Source: an uncultured candidate division Zixibacteria bacterium (GTDB lineage: Bacteria > Zixibacteria > MSB-5A5 > GN15 > FEB-12). From it: a DNA stretch of 64,000 bases. The notes beneath the pieces are model-generated. The model searched no databases and was not told the origin of the DNA. It saw only the letters and a list, made by a program, of their open reading frames with translations. Shown in pieces: positions 20,877 to 30,265 of the stretch; the first letter of the stretch is position 1, and every line of letters starts with the position of its first letter. The DNA is taken from assembly GCA_963735035.1 (NCBI GenBank), contig CAVTJJ010000006.1, positions 288,001 through 352,000 on the forward strand, given 5' to 3'. The translations under genes were made by a program, and so were the position numbers.

Positions 20877-21350
20877 GTGGACCCGCGCATACTAGAGATT
20901 GTTTTCTGCCTCATGGACTACGTCCAGGATTCAGATGATGACATGGAGAACATGTCGGAGTATTCGTCTAGTCTGAAGAATCTCGGGTTCACCGACCAGG
21001 AGATTTCGACCGCCTACAACTGGATTTTGGGCCATACCGGCCTTCCGGCAGAAAACCTCTATACGATGATTCCGGAGCGGTCCGGATCCAACCGGATTCT
21101 GGCCGAGGCGGAACGGGCCCGTTTGTCATCCGAAGCCCACGGTTTTCTTCTCCGGCTTTTCAATCTGGGAATCCTGGACCAGGCTCAGTTCGAGGCGGTG
21201 CTCGATCGTCTGACTTTGTCGGGAAAGCGTCTGGTCACGCCCGAACAGGTTAAGTTGGTGGTGTCGGCGGTATTGTTTAACGAATTCGGTCGGAACGACC
21301 GCGATCTCTTGAGCGATTTCAGCTCCGACCCATCATCCAGCATCAATTAG
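20877..21350 (+). CDS. Smg/DUF494-family protein
   Basis: LKNLGFTDQEISTAYNW, RILAEAERARLSSEAHGFL..LFNLGIL...FEAVL. GTG start after AGGAGA, with TTGCAT-17-TATTAT upstream. Confidence 0.75.
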   Translation: MDPRILEIVFCLMDYVQDSDDDMENMSEYSSSLKNLGFTDQEISTAYNWILGHTGLPAENLYTMIPERSGSNRILAEAERARLSSEAHGFLLRLFNLGILDQAQFEAVLDRLTLSGKRLVTPEQVKLVVSAVLFNEFGRNDRDLLSDFSSDPSSSIN

Positions 21351-21353
21351 ATC

Positions 21354-22591
21354 ATGTCTCTGAAGAATAAGAGAGTTCTCGTCGGGCTCACGGGGGGCAT
21401 CGCCTGTTACAAGGTGCCTTATCTTATTCGGAGTCTACGCAAAGCGGACGCCGAAGTCCGGGTAATCATGACCGATGCCGCTACCAAGTTCATTACGCCA
21501 CTCACGCTGGAGACTGTCTCCGGCAACCCGGTGGCGATAACGATGTTTCCCGAGGCGGAATTTGTCTCGACCCGTCACATCGATCTGGCCGAATGGCCTG
21601 AGCTTATAGTGATCGCTCCGGCGACCGCCAATTTCTTAGGTAAGATGGCCGCCGGAATCAGCGACGATCTCCTTACTACTATTGTTTGTGCCACCGAACG
21701 GCCTATTTTGATCGCCCCTGCCATGAACCCCGGCATGTGGAAACACGCCCCCACCCAGCGCAATGTCGCCTACCTCAAGGAGATCGGGGTCAAATTCATT
21801 GGTCCTGCTACCGGGGAAATGGCCTGCGATAGCTGGGGTGAAGGGCGGATGGTCGAGCCGGACCAGATCTATGACGCTGTTGCATCTCTCCTGGGCAGCG
21901 GCCAAAAAAAAAAGCAAAAGAAGCAACAAAAGCGCACACCGCCCCAAGAGCGCTGACCGGTAAGCGCATCCTCGTTACGGCCGGGCCCTGCCGCGAGCCG
22001 ATTGATCCTGTCAGATTCATCTCCAACCGTTCCTCCGGCAAAATGGGGTATGCTCTGGCCGAAGCGGCAGTATCGGCAGGCGCCGAAGTAGTCCTGGTTT
22101 CCGGCCCCACCTCGTTGACAGTCCCCGCAGGCGTCGAATTCATTGGCGTGGAGACCACTCGGGAGATGTATGATGCTGTGCGGAGCCGGTTTTGGCAGAT
22201 CGATTGTCTCATTATGGCCGCCGCTCCGGCAGATTTCACGCCCGCCACACCCAAGACACGCAAGATTAAGAAGGGGGAAGGCGGTCTCGATCTGGCTCTA
22301 AAGCCGACCATTGATATACTGGCCCGGCTGGGAGCGAAGAAGAAGCGTCAGGTGTTGGTCGGATTCGCGCTCGAAACTGACAACGGGGTGGCCAATGCCC
22401 GCCAGAAGCTGAAAGCCAAGAAGCTCGATCTGGTCGTTCTCAACTCGCCCCGTGACCCCAACTCCGCCTTTGACTTCGACACCAATCAGGTGACCATAAT
22501 TCGACCGGGGCACAAGCCGGATGCCTGGGCATTGATGTCGAAAAGTGAAGTCGCGACCAAATTGATTAATCTCGTCTCAGATCTGTTGTAG
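21354..22591 (+). CDS. coaBC: Bifunctional PPC decarboxylase / PPC synthetase, with a -1 frame change at an A10 run (21904-21913)
   Basis: CoaC motifs TGGIACYK, APATAN and PAMNPGMW end at TGA 21956. The -1 frame continues ALTGKRILVTAGPCREPIDPVRFISNRSSGKMG..GFALET (CoaB). Confidence 0.9.
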
Positions 22592-22655
22592 CGTCTGAAG
22601 GCTTGATATTCGATCCATCGTCAATTAACTTCCTTCACTTCTTGGAGTAGTTGGT

Positions 22656-23444
22656 ATGGACGGCAAGCCTGAGAACATTCTTGAGATGGTCCGCCGCGCG
22701 TTAGTCGCACAGGCGGAGCTCGGTATCGGTGAAATAGTGGTGAAGTCGGCGAACTCGGTCGAACCCAGGGCGGTTGCTAGACTGATTGCTGCGGGAGCGA
22801 GTGTCGTTCCGGCTGCTGTCGCGATAGATGTCGCGACGGCCGAGACTCTTGCTTCCCCTGATAGTTTTGGAGTGGAATTGGATTCTCAATTTGAGACATT
22901 GGATGCCCATCGCGCCGCAATTTGCGACTGTCAGCGTTGCACGCTGGGGAAAACGCGCAATAAATTCGTCTACGGCGTCGGCAATCCCAACGCGGAAATA
23001 CTATTTATCGGCGAAGCACCGGGAGCCGAGGAAGATCGTCTTGGCGATCCGTTTGTCGGCCGGGCCGGACAGCTTCTGGACAAGATCCTCGAGGCCATGA
23101 AACTCAGCCGACAGGAAGTCTATATCGCCAACATCTTGAAATGTCGCCCGCCTGGCAACCGCGACCCTGAGCCGCAGGAGATGGAGAAGTGTTTCCCGTA
23201 TCTTCGTGAACAGGTGCGGCTGGTCCATCCGAAATTACTCTGTGCGCTCGGTCGAATAGCTGCGCAGGCGTTGCTGCAGACAACCGCCCCGCTCGGCACG
23301 TTGCGAGGGACATGGCACACCTACGAGAACACTCCGCTGTTGGTGACGTATCATCCGGCGGCCCTGCTTCGGTTCCCCAAGTACAAGAAAGACACGTGGG
23401 AAGATATGCAGAAGCTGATGGCCCGCTATGAAAGCATGAAGTGA
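22656..23444 (+). CDS. Uracil-DNA glycosylase family 4 (Fe-S type)
   Basis: [40 protein letters not shown]. Confidence 0.92.
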   Translation: MDGKPENILEMVRRALVAQAELGIGEIVVKSANSVEPRAVARLIAAGASVVPAAVAIDVATAETLASPDSFGVELDSQFETLDAHRAAICDCQRCTLGKTRNKFVYGVGNPNAEILFIGEAPGAEEDRLGDPFVGRAGQLLDKILEAMKLSRQEVYIANILKCRPPGNRDPEPQEMEKCFPYLREQVRLVHPKLLCALGRIAAQALLQTTAPLGTLRGTWHTYENTPLLVTYHPAALLRFPKYKKDTWEDMQKLMARYESMK

Positions 23445-23449
23445 ATTAG

Positions 23450-24889
23450 ATGGCCTACCAGCCTCAGACAGATAAACAAACCGACCGGCTTCAGCCGCCG
23501 CAGACAATCGACCTTGAGCAAGCAGTCCTCGGCGCGATTCTGAAAGATCCTGAAGCGCTTCCCCGGGTAATCGATGTCATCAAGGACCCGTCGGACTTCT
23601 ACGCCCCGAAGCATCAGATTATTTTCCAGGCGGCGGTCGATCTGTTTGAACGCGCTGAACCGGTCGATCTCACGATGGTGGTCAGCCGCCTTCAGGACAA
23701 AGGACAACTAGATAAGGTCGGAGGCCGTGTTTATCTAGTGGAGTTAGTCGAGCAGGTCGCCTCGACTGGCAACGTTGCGTCGTATGCGAGCAAGATTCTC
23801 GAGAAAGCGATACTTCGTCGACTGATTGCTACATCCAACGAAATTCTTCGCTCCTGTTACGACACCGACATGCAGTCTGATGAATTGTTGGACCAAGCCG
23901 AAGCCAATATCTTCAACATTTCCGAGAGCCGCATTCGCCAGGGATTTGTGTCGATGAGGGACTTGGCGCACGATGTAATCAAAGACATCGATGCTATGCA
24001 GGCCGACGACAAGCCAGTAAGTGGCGTGAGAACGGGATTCTATGATCTGGATGAAATGACCCTTGGCTTTCATCCCGGAGACCTGATCATTATTGCAGGT
24101 CGTCCGTCTATGGGCAAGACCGCTCTCGCTATGAATATCGCAGAAAACGTCGCTACTGATACAAAACAGAAGAAGACCGTAGGCATCTTCTCAATTGAAA
24201 TGTCGAAGGAAGCCTTGGTGATGAGAATGTTGTGTTCTCTCGCCGGACTTAATCAGCATACCATACGATCTCGGAAACTCACTAATGCAGAGTGGAATAA
24301 GTTGACCAATGCCGGAAGCGCACTCCAAAAGGCTTCGATGTTTGTGGACGATTCGGCGGTGCTGAGTCCGCTAGATCTTCGAGCCAAGGCTAGGAGACTG
24401 AAGGCGCAGTTTGGCCTAGATTTGGTCATAGTTGACTACATACAATTGATGCACTCAACGTCAAGGGTAGAGAATCGACAGCAAGAAATATCTCTCATAT
24501 CGAGAAGCCTTAAGTCGCTGGCAAAGGAGCTTCATATTCCGGTAGTAGCACTTTCGCAATTATCTCGTGCAGTTGAACAACGGGGCGGTGAGAAGCGTCC
24601 CCAATTGGCAGATTTGCGTGAATCAGGTGCTATTGAGCAGGACGCTGATCTTGTGCTAATGCTGTATCGTCCTGAGGCCTACATGTCGGCTGATGAGCGC
24701 AAGGATGTCAAGCAATTACAGAAGATAGGCAAAGCGGAAATCATTCTCGCCAAACAGCGCAATGGACCTACTGGGACAGTAGAGCTTCAGTTCGAAAGCA
24801 ATCTTGCCAAGTTCCACAATTTGGAGAGGCAACACCGCGATTTGCCCCCCGGAGTCGCTCCGATTGACGATAGTATTCATCAACTCTAG
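23450..24889 (+). CDS. dnaB: Replicative DNA helicase (no intein)
   Basis: EQAVLGA, GRPSMGKT, FSIEMS, VDYIQLM, LSQLSRAVE, DLRESGAIEQDAD, KQRNGPTG. Confidence 0.96.
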   Translation: MAYQPQTDKQTDRLQPPQTIDLEQAVLGAILKDPEALPRVIDVIKDPSDFYAPKHQIIFQAAVDLFERAEPVDLTMVVSRLQDKGQLDKVGGRVYLVELVEQVASTGNVASYASKILEKAILRRLIATSNEILRSCYDTDMQSDELLDQAEANIFNISESRIRQGFVSMRDLAHDVIKDIDAMQADDKPVSGVRTGFYDLDEMTLGFHPGDLIIIAGRPSMGKTALAMNIAENVATDTKQKKTVGIFSIEMSKEALVMRMLCSLAGLNQHTIRSRKLTNAEWNKLTNAGSALQKASMFVDDSAVLSPLDLRAKARRLKAQFGLDLVIVDYIQLMHSTSRVENRQQEISLISRSLKSLAKELHIPVVALSQLSRAVEQRGGEKRPQLADLRESGAIEQDADLVLMLYRPEAYMSADERKDVKQLQKIGKAEIILAKQRNGPTGTVELQFESNLAKFHNLERQHRDLPPGVAPIDDSIHQL

Positions 24890-26254
24890 ATGGTATCGCC
24901 TAAGAAAACCAAGACCGCCTTTTTCTGCAGCCAGTGTGGGGCGGAACATCCGCGCTGGCAGGGGCAGTGCCGCGAATGCAGCGCCTGGAACAGCCTCATA
25001 GAAGAGCGCGTGCCCGATAAGAAAAAAGCGGCGGCGCGCCCGGGTTCGATTCACAAACAGACCATAGCTCAGATATCGCAGGAAAAGCTAACCGGATATC
25101 AATCGGGGATAGGCGAGTTCGATCGTGTGCTCGGTGGGCAGTTGCTCCCCGGCATGACAGTCTTGCTCGGCGGCGATCCGGGCATCGGCAAATCGACACT
25201 GGTGCTGCAGGCGGCGGAAGGATACGCCCGTCAGGGGCTCGATGTGCTCTATGTCACGGGCGAGGAATCACTGCCGCAGATAAAGATGCGCTCTAATCGT
25301 CTGAATGTAAGTGGCGAGCGAATTACTGTAGCCAACTGTACCGATCTCGAAGAAATCATCGGCGCTGTTTCCGACGAGGGCATTGCGGTTGTCATCGTAG
25401 ACTCGATCCAGACGGTCAGTTCGGCGCAGTTCGATTCTCCCCCAGGGACAGTCGGTCAGGTGCGCGAGGCGGCCAATCAACTGGTCACGCTCGCCAAAGC
25501 GCGCGGTTTTGCGTTGTTCCTGATCGGCCATGTTACGAAAGAGGGGATGGTCGCCGGACCGAAAGTGCTCGAGCATATTGTCGATACGGTCGTGTATTTC
25601 GAAGGTGATTCGTCTCGGCTTTACCGCGTCCTGCGCGCCACGAAGAATCGTTTCGGCTCGGTAGCGGAAATCGGCTTGTTCGAGATGAAATCGGACGGAC
25701 TCGCCGAGGTGGTCAATCCGTCGGCGTTTTTCCTCAGCGGCGATCCTCACACGGCACGGGCCGGGGCGGTAGTCGCGGGAGTGTGCGACGGGGACCGTCC
25801 GCTGCTGGTCGAAGTTCAGGCTCTTGTCACACCTGCTACTTACGGCAACCCCCAGCGGGTAGCCGGCGGGATCGACCACCGCAAGCTCGCCCTGTTGTTG
25901 GCAATTCTCGAAAAACGGTGTGGCTATCCGATGGCCACTCACGATGTATTCGTGTCGGTGGCCGGTGGCTTGCGACTGACCGAGCCGGGGCTCGATCTGG
26001 CCATCCTGACTGCGATAGCCTCGTCGCTGACAAACAAACCGGTCTCATCGGAGACGCTCGTGATCGGCGAAGTCGGTCTGTCGGGCGAGGTGCGGGCGGT
26101 GGTGAATGCCGACCGACTCGTATCCGAGGCGGGCAAGCTCGGTTTCAAGTGTGTCGTTCTGCCGGAGAGCAACCGGCCGCATGTGTCATCGGACAATCCT
26201 GAACTGGTGACAGTTCGTGACCTTCAATCGGCGCTGGATAGAATCCTTGGCTGA
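24890..26254 (+). CDS. radA: DNA repair protein RadA/Sms
   Basis: C4 zinc finger CSQCG..CREC, GDPGIGKST, YVTGEES, KNRFG. Confidence 0.96.
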   Translation: MVSPKKTKTAFFCSQCGAEHPRWQGQCRECSAWNSLIEERVPDKKKAAARPGSIHKQTIAQISQEKLTGYQSGIGEFDRVLGGQLLPGMTVLLGGDPGIGKSTLVLQAAEGYARQGLDVLYVTGEESLPQIKMRSNRLNVSGERITVANCTDLEEIIGAVSDEGIAVVIVDSIQTVSSAQFDSPPGTVGQVREAANQLVTLAKARGFALFLIGHVTKEGMVAGPKVLEHIVDTVVYFEGDSSRLYRVLRATKNRFGSVAEIGLFEMKSDGLAEVVNPSAFFLSGDPHTARAGAVVAGVCDGDRPLLVEVQALVTPATYGNPQRVAGGIDHRKLALLLAILEKRCGYPMATHDVFVSVAGGLRLTEPGLDLAILTAIASSLTNKPVSSETLVIGEVGLSGEVRAVVNADRLVSEAGKLGFKCVVLPESNRPHVSSDNPELVTVRDLQSALDRILG

Positions 26255-27384
26255 TCAGGCTATATATACTCATAAGGTCGTCCGACTCCCGCGCACGCCG
26301 CGGCCAAGTGACGGTCGCCCACGGGACGTTTCAAACCCCCGCCTTCATGCCGGTGGGGACTGCCGCCGCTGTCAAGGCGCTCACCTGCGAGCAACTGGAA
26401 GAGTGCGGCGTCGAAATTGTCCTCAGCAACACCTATCATCTGTATCTCCGGCCCGGTCACGAAGTGATCCGCGCCCAGGGCGGTCTGGCGTCATTCAGTG
26501 GCTGGCGCAAGCCGACTTTGACCGATTCGGGCGGCTATCAGGTCTTCTCGCTGAAAGACATCAGCAAGATCAGTGACGACGGCGTTGAGTTCCAGTCGCA
26601 CATCGACGGTTCGCGGCACATGTTTACCCCGGAGCGCGTGATGGAGATCGAGCACGCTATCGGCGCCGATATCATCATGGCGTTCGACCAGTGCGTGCCG
26701 TACCCGGCAGATGAAGAGACGGCTGCGGATGGTGTCCGTCGCACCCATGACTGGGCGATCCGGTGCAAGAAGCGGTTCGAGCAGTTGACTAGGTGCTGAA
26801 GACCCGCTCAAAGCGACAAGCGCCTGTTCGGAATCGTGCAGGGTTCGACCTACAAGAACCTTCGTACTCTGTCGGCGGAACAGATTGTGGGTGTGGGTTT
26901 CGATGGCTACGCTATTGGCGGCCTCTCGGTAGGGGAGAGCAAGGCCGAGATGGAAGACATGCTCGCTCACACGATCGAGTATCTTCCGTCAGACCGACCG
27001 CGCTACCTGATGGGTGTGGGTTATCCCGAAGACATCCTGATGGCGGTTTCGTACGGCGTGGATATGTTCGACTGCGTGCTGCCGACCCGCAATGCCCGCA
27101 CCGGGAGCGTGTTCACGTCGACCGGCCCATTGGTATATCGCAACGCCGAATATGCCCAGGATGAACGCCCACTCGATCCGAATTGTGACTGTGTAGTCTG
27201 TCGTCGTTACAGTCGCGCGTACCTGCGGCATCTCTTCAATCAATCCGAGATTACCGGGCTGACTCTGGCCAGCTATCATTCGACCTATTTCTATCAGAAG
27301 TTGATGTTGGAGATACGGGCGTCAATCGAAGCCGGACGCTTTGCGACCTACCGGAAAGAGTTCTTAGCTCGCTATCAGGGGTAA
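26247..27384 (+). CDS. tgt: Queuine tRNA-ribosyltransferase, disrupted in this assembly (probable extra base at about 26277; apparent in-frame TGA at 26797-26799)
   Basis: ARRG, TPAFMPVGT, NTYHL, TDSGGYQ, LFGIVQG, GGLSVGE, DMFDCVLPTRNAR, CDCVVC. Confidence 0.88.
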
Positions 27385-27389
27385 TTAGC

Positions 27390-27636
27390 GTTGCGTCAGA
27401 GCCTGCCCCCGACCAGATCGGGGGTCTTGCCCCCGGTCCGCCGGAGGTCCCAATGGTTGCGTCAGGTCTTGCTCCAGAGCCTGCCAGATGTCGATAATCG
27501 TTGCGTCAGGTCTTGCCCCCGGTCCGCCGGAGGCGGAGCGGGGGTGTGACCTGACGCATTGAGACGAGCGTAGCAGCACGCGTCAGGTCACACTCGTCTG
27601 TCCGCTGGTGCGGCCAGCCGAGCAGGACCTGACGCA
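27390..27636. repeat. Family E hairpin cluster with nested 23-nt module
   Basis: Four GCGTCAG(G)TC-type starts, two complete units; module CCTGCCCCCGACCAGATCGGGGG at 27402-27424. Confidence 0.8.
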
Positions 27637-27665
27637 TCTTTCGCGCAACCACTCCCAACAATCAT

Positions 27666-28274
27666 CTATATCCTGAACAGATACCCGAGAGTAATCCGAA
27701 ACGTCCCCGTGTGCGTGGCCTCATACGAGCGGGTTTCGCCGCCGTTCTCAGTGCGACTGGTCTTCTTGAACTCGGGTGAGACTTCGCTTACGGCAAGCTC
27801 CAAGGAATACGATCGATGGTATCGCAGTCCGAGAATCAGTCGATACCCCCAGGCCTGCTGAAGATCAACTTGCGTGATTCCATCGTAGAAGTTCAGCGAG
27901 TCTGCCGTCTCTCTAAATGGCGAAAAGGAATGAGTGGCCAGGAAGCCTCCGGCTCCCACGTATCCCGTGAGGTGATTGGTGCCGCGATAGTAGATGGCGT
28001 CCCCACCCACGGTCATTGACCAGAGGCGACCTTTGGGAAACAGGTTTGATCTTGTGTGTCCGTAGGCGAGATCAACCGTACCACGAATCATGAACGGATG
28101 AATAACGAGTACCTCAACGTTACCGGACATCATAGGTCCGACTGAGATGATACCATTCGGGCCGCTCACGCCGGCGGTGAAATGGAGGTTGATCGGCGCC
28201 AGCGTATCCTCGGTGATCGGATTAAGCGGTGCGAGAGGCAAACAGAGCCAGGTTGTCAGCAATAGTGCATGCAT
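27666..28274 (-). CDS. Putative outer-membrane beta-barrel protein
   Basis: Signal-like N-terminus, alternating beta strands, C-terminal FRITLGYLFRI. Confidence 0.6.
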   Translation of the reverse strand: MHALLLTTWLCLPLAPLNPITEDTLAPINLHFTAGVSGPNGIISVGPMMSGNVEVLVIHPFMIRGTVDLAYGHTRSNLFPKGRLWSMTVGGDAIYYRGTNHLTGYVGAGGFLATHSFSPFRETADSLNFYDGITQVDLQQAWGYRLILGLRYHRSYSLELAVSEVSPEFKKTSRTENGGETRSYEATHTGTFRITLGYLFRI

Positions 28275-28486
28275 AGATCAGCCAAAATAAGGCGTTTATC
28301 ATAAAGACGTCAGTCGGAACCGAAAGGTCAAACAATTCTCGCATCATTGCGGATAACATAGGTTGAGGGGCTCCAAGTTGTCGAGTTGGTCGCGTCGCAT
28401 CTGCGAATTAGGGGCAAGTCGCCGTGACGCAATGTAACTCGTTGCGGCGCAATGCGCAAAACCGAGCAGGGAATTGGAAGAATGGG

Positions 28487-28551
28487 TTGACTCCCAACCC
28501 TAAATAGGTATATTGCCCGACTCTGATAAACGGCTGTGAATAAATTCACAA
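28487..28551 (+). promoter_or_regulatory. Sigma70 promoter followed by a Rex-like operator
   Basis: TTGACT-16-TATATT; CTGTGAATAAATTCACAA (28534-28551) matches TTGTGAA-N4-TTCACAA at all but the first base. Confidence 0.7.
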
Positions 28552-28599
28552 CCAGTGGACGATGTGTAAACGAACCTTTTGGTATAACTGGAGTTGGTC

Positions 28600-30093
28600 A
28601 TGGCTGACAATGTATACAAGAATTTCATAAACGGCGAATGGGTAGCGTCGCGCTCCGGACAAACCTTTGAGAATCGCAACCCCGCCGACACCAGCGAAGT
28701 GGTCGGTGTCTTTCAGAAATCAAACGCTGAAGATGTAAAGGCCGCCGTCGACGCCGCCGCCGAGGCCTACAAGAAATGGCGGCTGGTTCCCGCGCCGAAG
28801 CGGGGCGAAATACTCTACCGTGTGGCAACCCGACTTCTGGCCGAGAAAGAAAGATGCTCCAGCGACATGACCCGCGAAATGGGGAAGGTCATCTCCGAGA
28901 CTCGCGGCGACGTCCAGGAAGCTATCGACATGACCTTCTACATGGCCGGCGAGGGACGTCGCTTGTTCGGCATGACGACCCCGTCCGAGCTGCCCAACAA
29001 ATACGCGATGACCATGCGCCAGCCGCTCGGCGTCTGCGGGTTCATCACGCCGTGGAATTTCCCGATGGCGATTCCGTCGTGGAAGATGATGCCCGCTCTG
29101 ATCTGCGGTAACACCGTGGTCATCAAACCCGCCACGGATACGCCGTTATCGGTCGTGAATCTGGTGAAGGTCTTGCACGAGGAAGGTATCCCTGCCGGCG
29201 TCGTTAACATGGTGACCGGCACCGGTTCGGCGGTAGGTCAACCGCTTATCGAAGATGATCGCGTGAAAGTAATTTCGTTTACCGGCTCCACTGATGTGGG
29301 CCGCCGCGTCTCTGTCTCCTGCGCACCGAAGTTCAAGCATTGCTGTCTCGAAATGGGCGGGAAGAATGTTCAGATCATCATGGATGACGCCGATATCGAT
29401 CTGGCGGTCGAAGGAGCACTGTGGGGCGCTTTCGGCACGACCGGCCAGCGTTGCACCGCGACGAGCCGTCTGATCTGCCACAAGAGCGTGTATGACGAAG
29501 TAGTCAAGAAGATGGCCGACCGGGCATCGAAGCTCAAAGTCGGCAACGGGCTCGATCCGGCCTCACAGATGGGGCCGTGTGTCAACGCCGATCAGCTCAA
29601 GACCGTGCTGGAATATGTCGAGATCGGCAAGAACCAGGACAAGGCGCGGCTGGTGTGTGGCGGTCAGCGTTTGACCGGTGGCGCTTATGACAAAGGGTAC
29701 TTCGTCCAGCCGACCATATTCGCCGACGTCACCCAGAAGATGCGGCTCTGGCGTGAAGAGATCTTTGGCCCGGTGCTTTCCATCGGCCGCTTCGACACTT
29801 TCGACCAGGCTATCGAGATGGCCAACGACACGATCTACGGTTTGTCGGCCTCAATGTACACGCGAAATATCAACCGGGCTTACACCGCGATGCGTGACGT
29901 GTACACCGGCATATTCTACATCAACGCCCCGACTATCGGCGCCGAGACTCACCTGCCGTTTGGCGGCACGAAAGAAACCGGCAACGGTCACCGCGAGGCG
30001 GCGACGGCGGCGCTCGATGTGTTCAGCGAGTGGAAATCGGTCTATGTCGATTTCTCCGGCGGGCTTCAACGCGCCCAGATCGACAATCAGTAA
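28600..30093 (+). CDS. NAD(P)-dependent aldehyde dehydrogenase
   Basis: [39 protein letters not shown]. Confidence 0.92.
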   Translation: MADNVYKNFINGEWVASRSGQTFENRNPADTSEVVGVFQKSNAEDVKAAVDAAAEAYKKWRLVPAPKRGEILYRVATRLLAEKERCSSDMTREMGKVISETRGDVQEAIDMTFYMAGEGRRLFGMTTPSELPNKYAMTMRQPLGVCGFITPWNFPMAIPSWKMMPALICGNTVVIKPATDTPLSVVNLVKVLHEEGIPAGVVNMVTGTGSAVGQPLIEDDRVKVISFTGSTDVGRRVSVSCAPKFKHCCLEMGGKNVQIIMDDADIDLAVEGALWGAFGTTGQRCTATSRLICHKSVYDEVVKKMADRASKLKVGNGLDPASQMGPCVNADQLKTVLEYVEIGKNQDKARLVCGGQRLTGGAYDKGYFVQPTIFADVTQKMRLWREEIFGPVLSIGRFDTFDQAIEMANDTIYGLSASMYTRNINRAYTAMRDVYTGIFYINAPTIGAETHLPFGGTKETGNGHREAATAALDVFSEWKSVYVDFSGGLQRAQIDNQ

Positions 30094-30265
30094 ACAGGGT
30101 AATTCGCTTTGATGCACAGCAAGTACATATTCGAAGCGCGGATCGGACATCTACCGATGTATCTGATTCTGTTCATCTGGATGGCGTCATCCATATGACT
30201 CCCACGGCTCGTTCACGGGATGATGTGTACTTGAAGTTGAACCGAATCAGTTAGGAGATGTTGAC

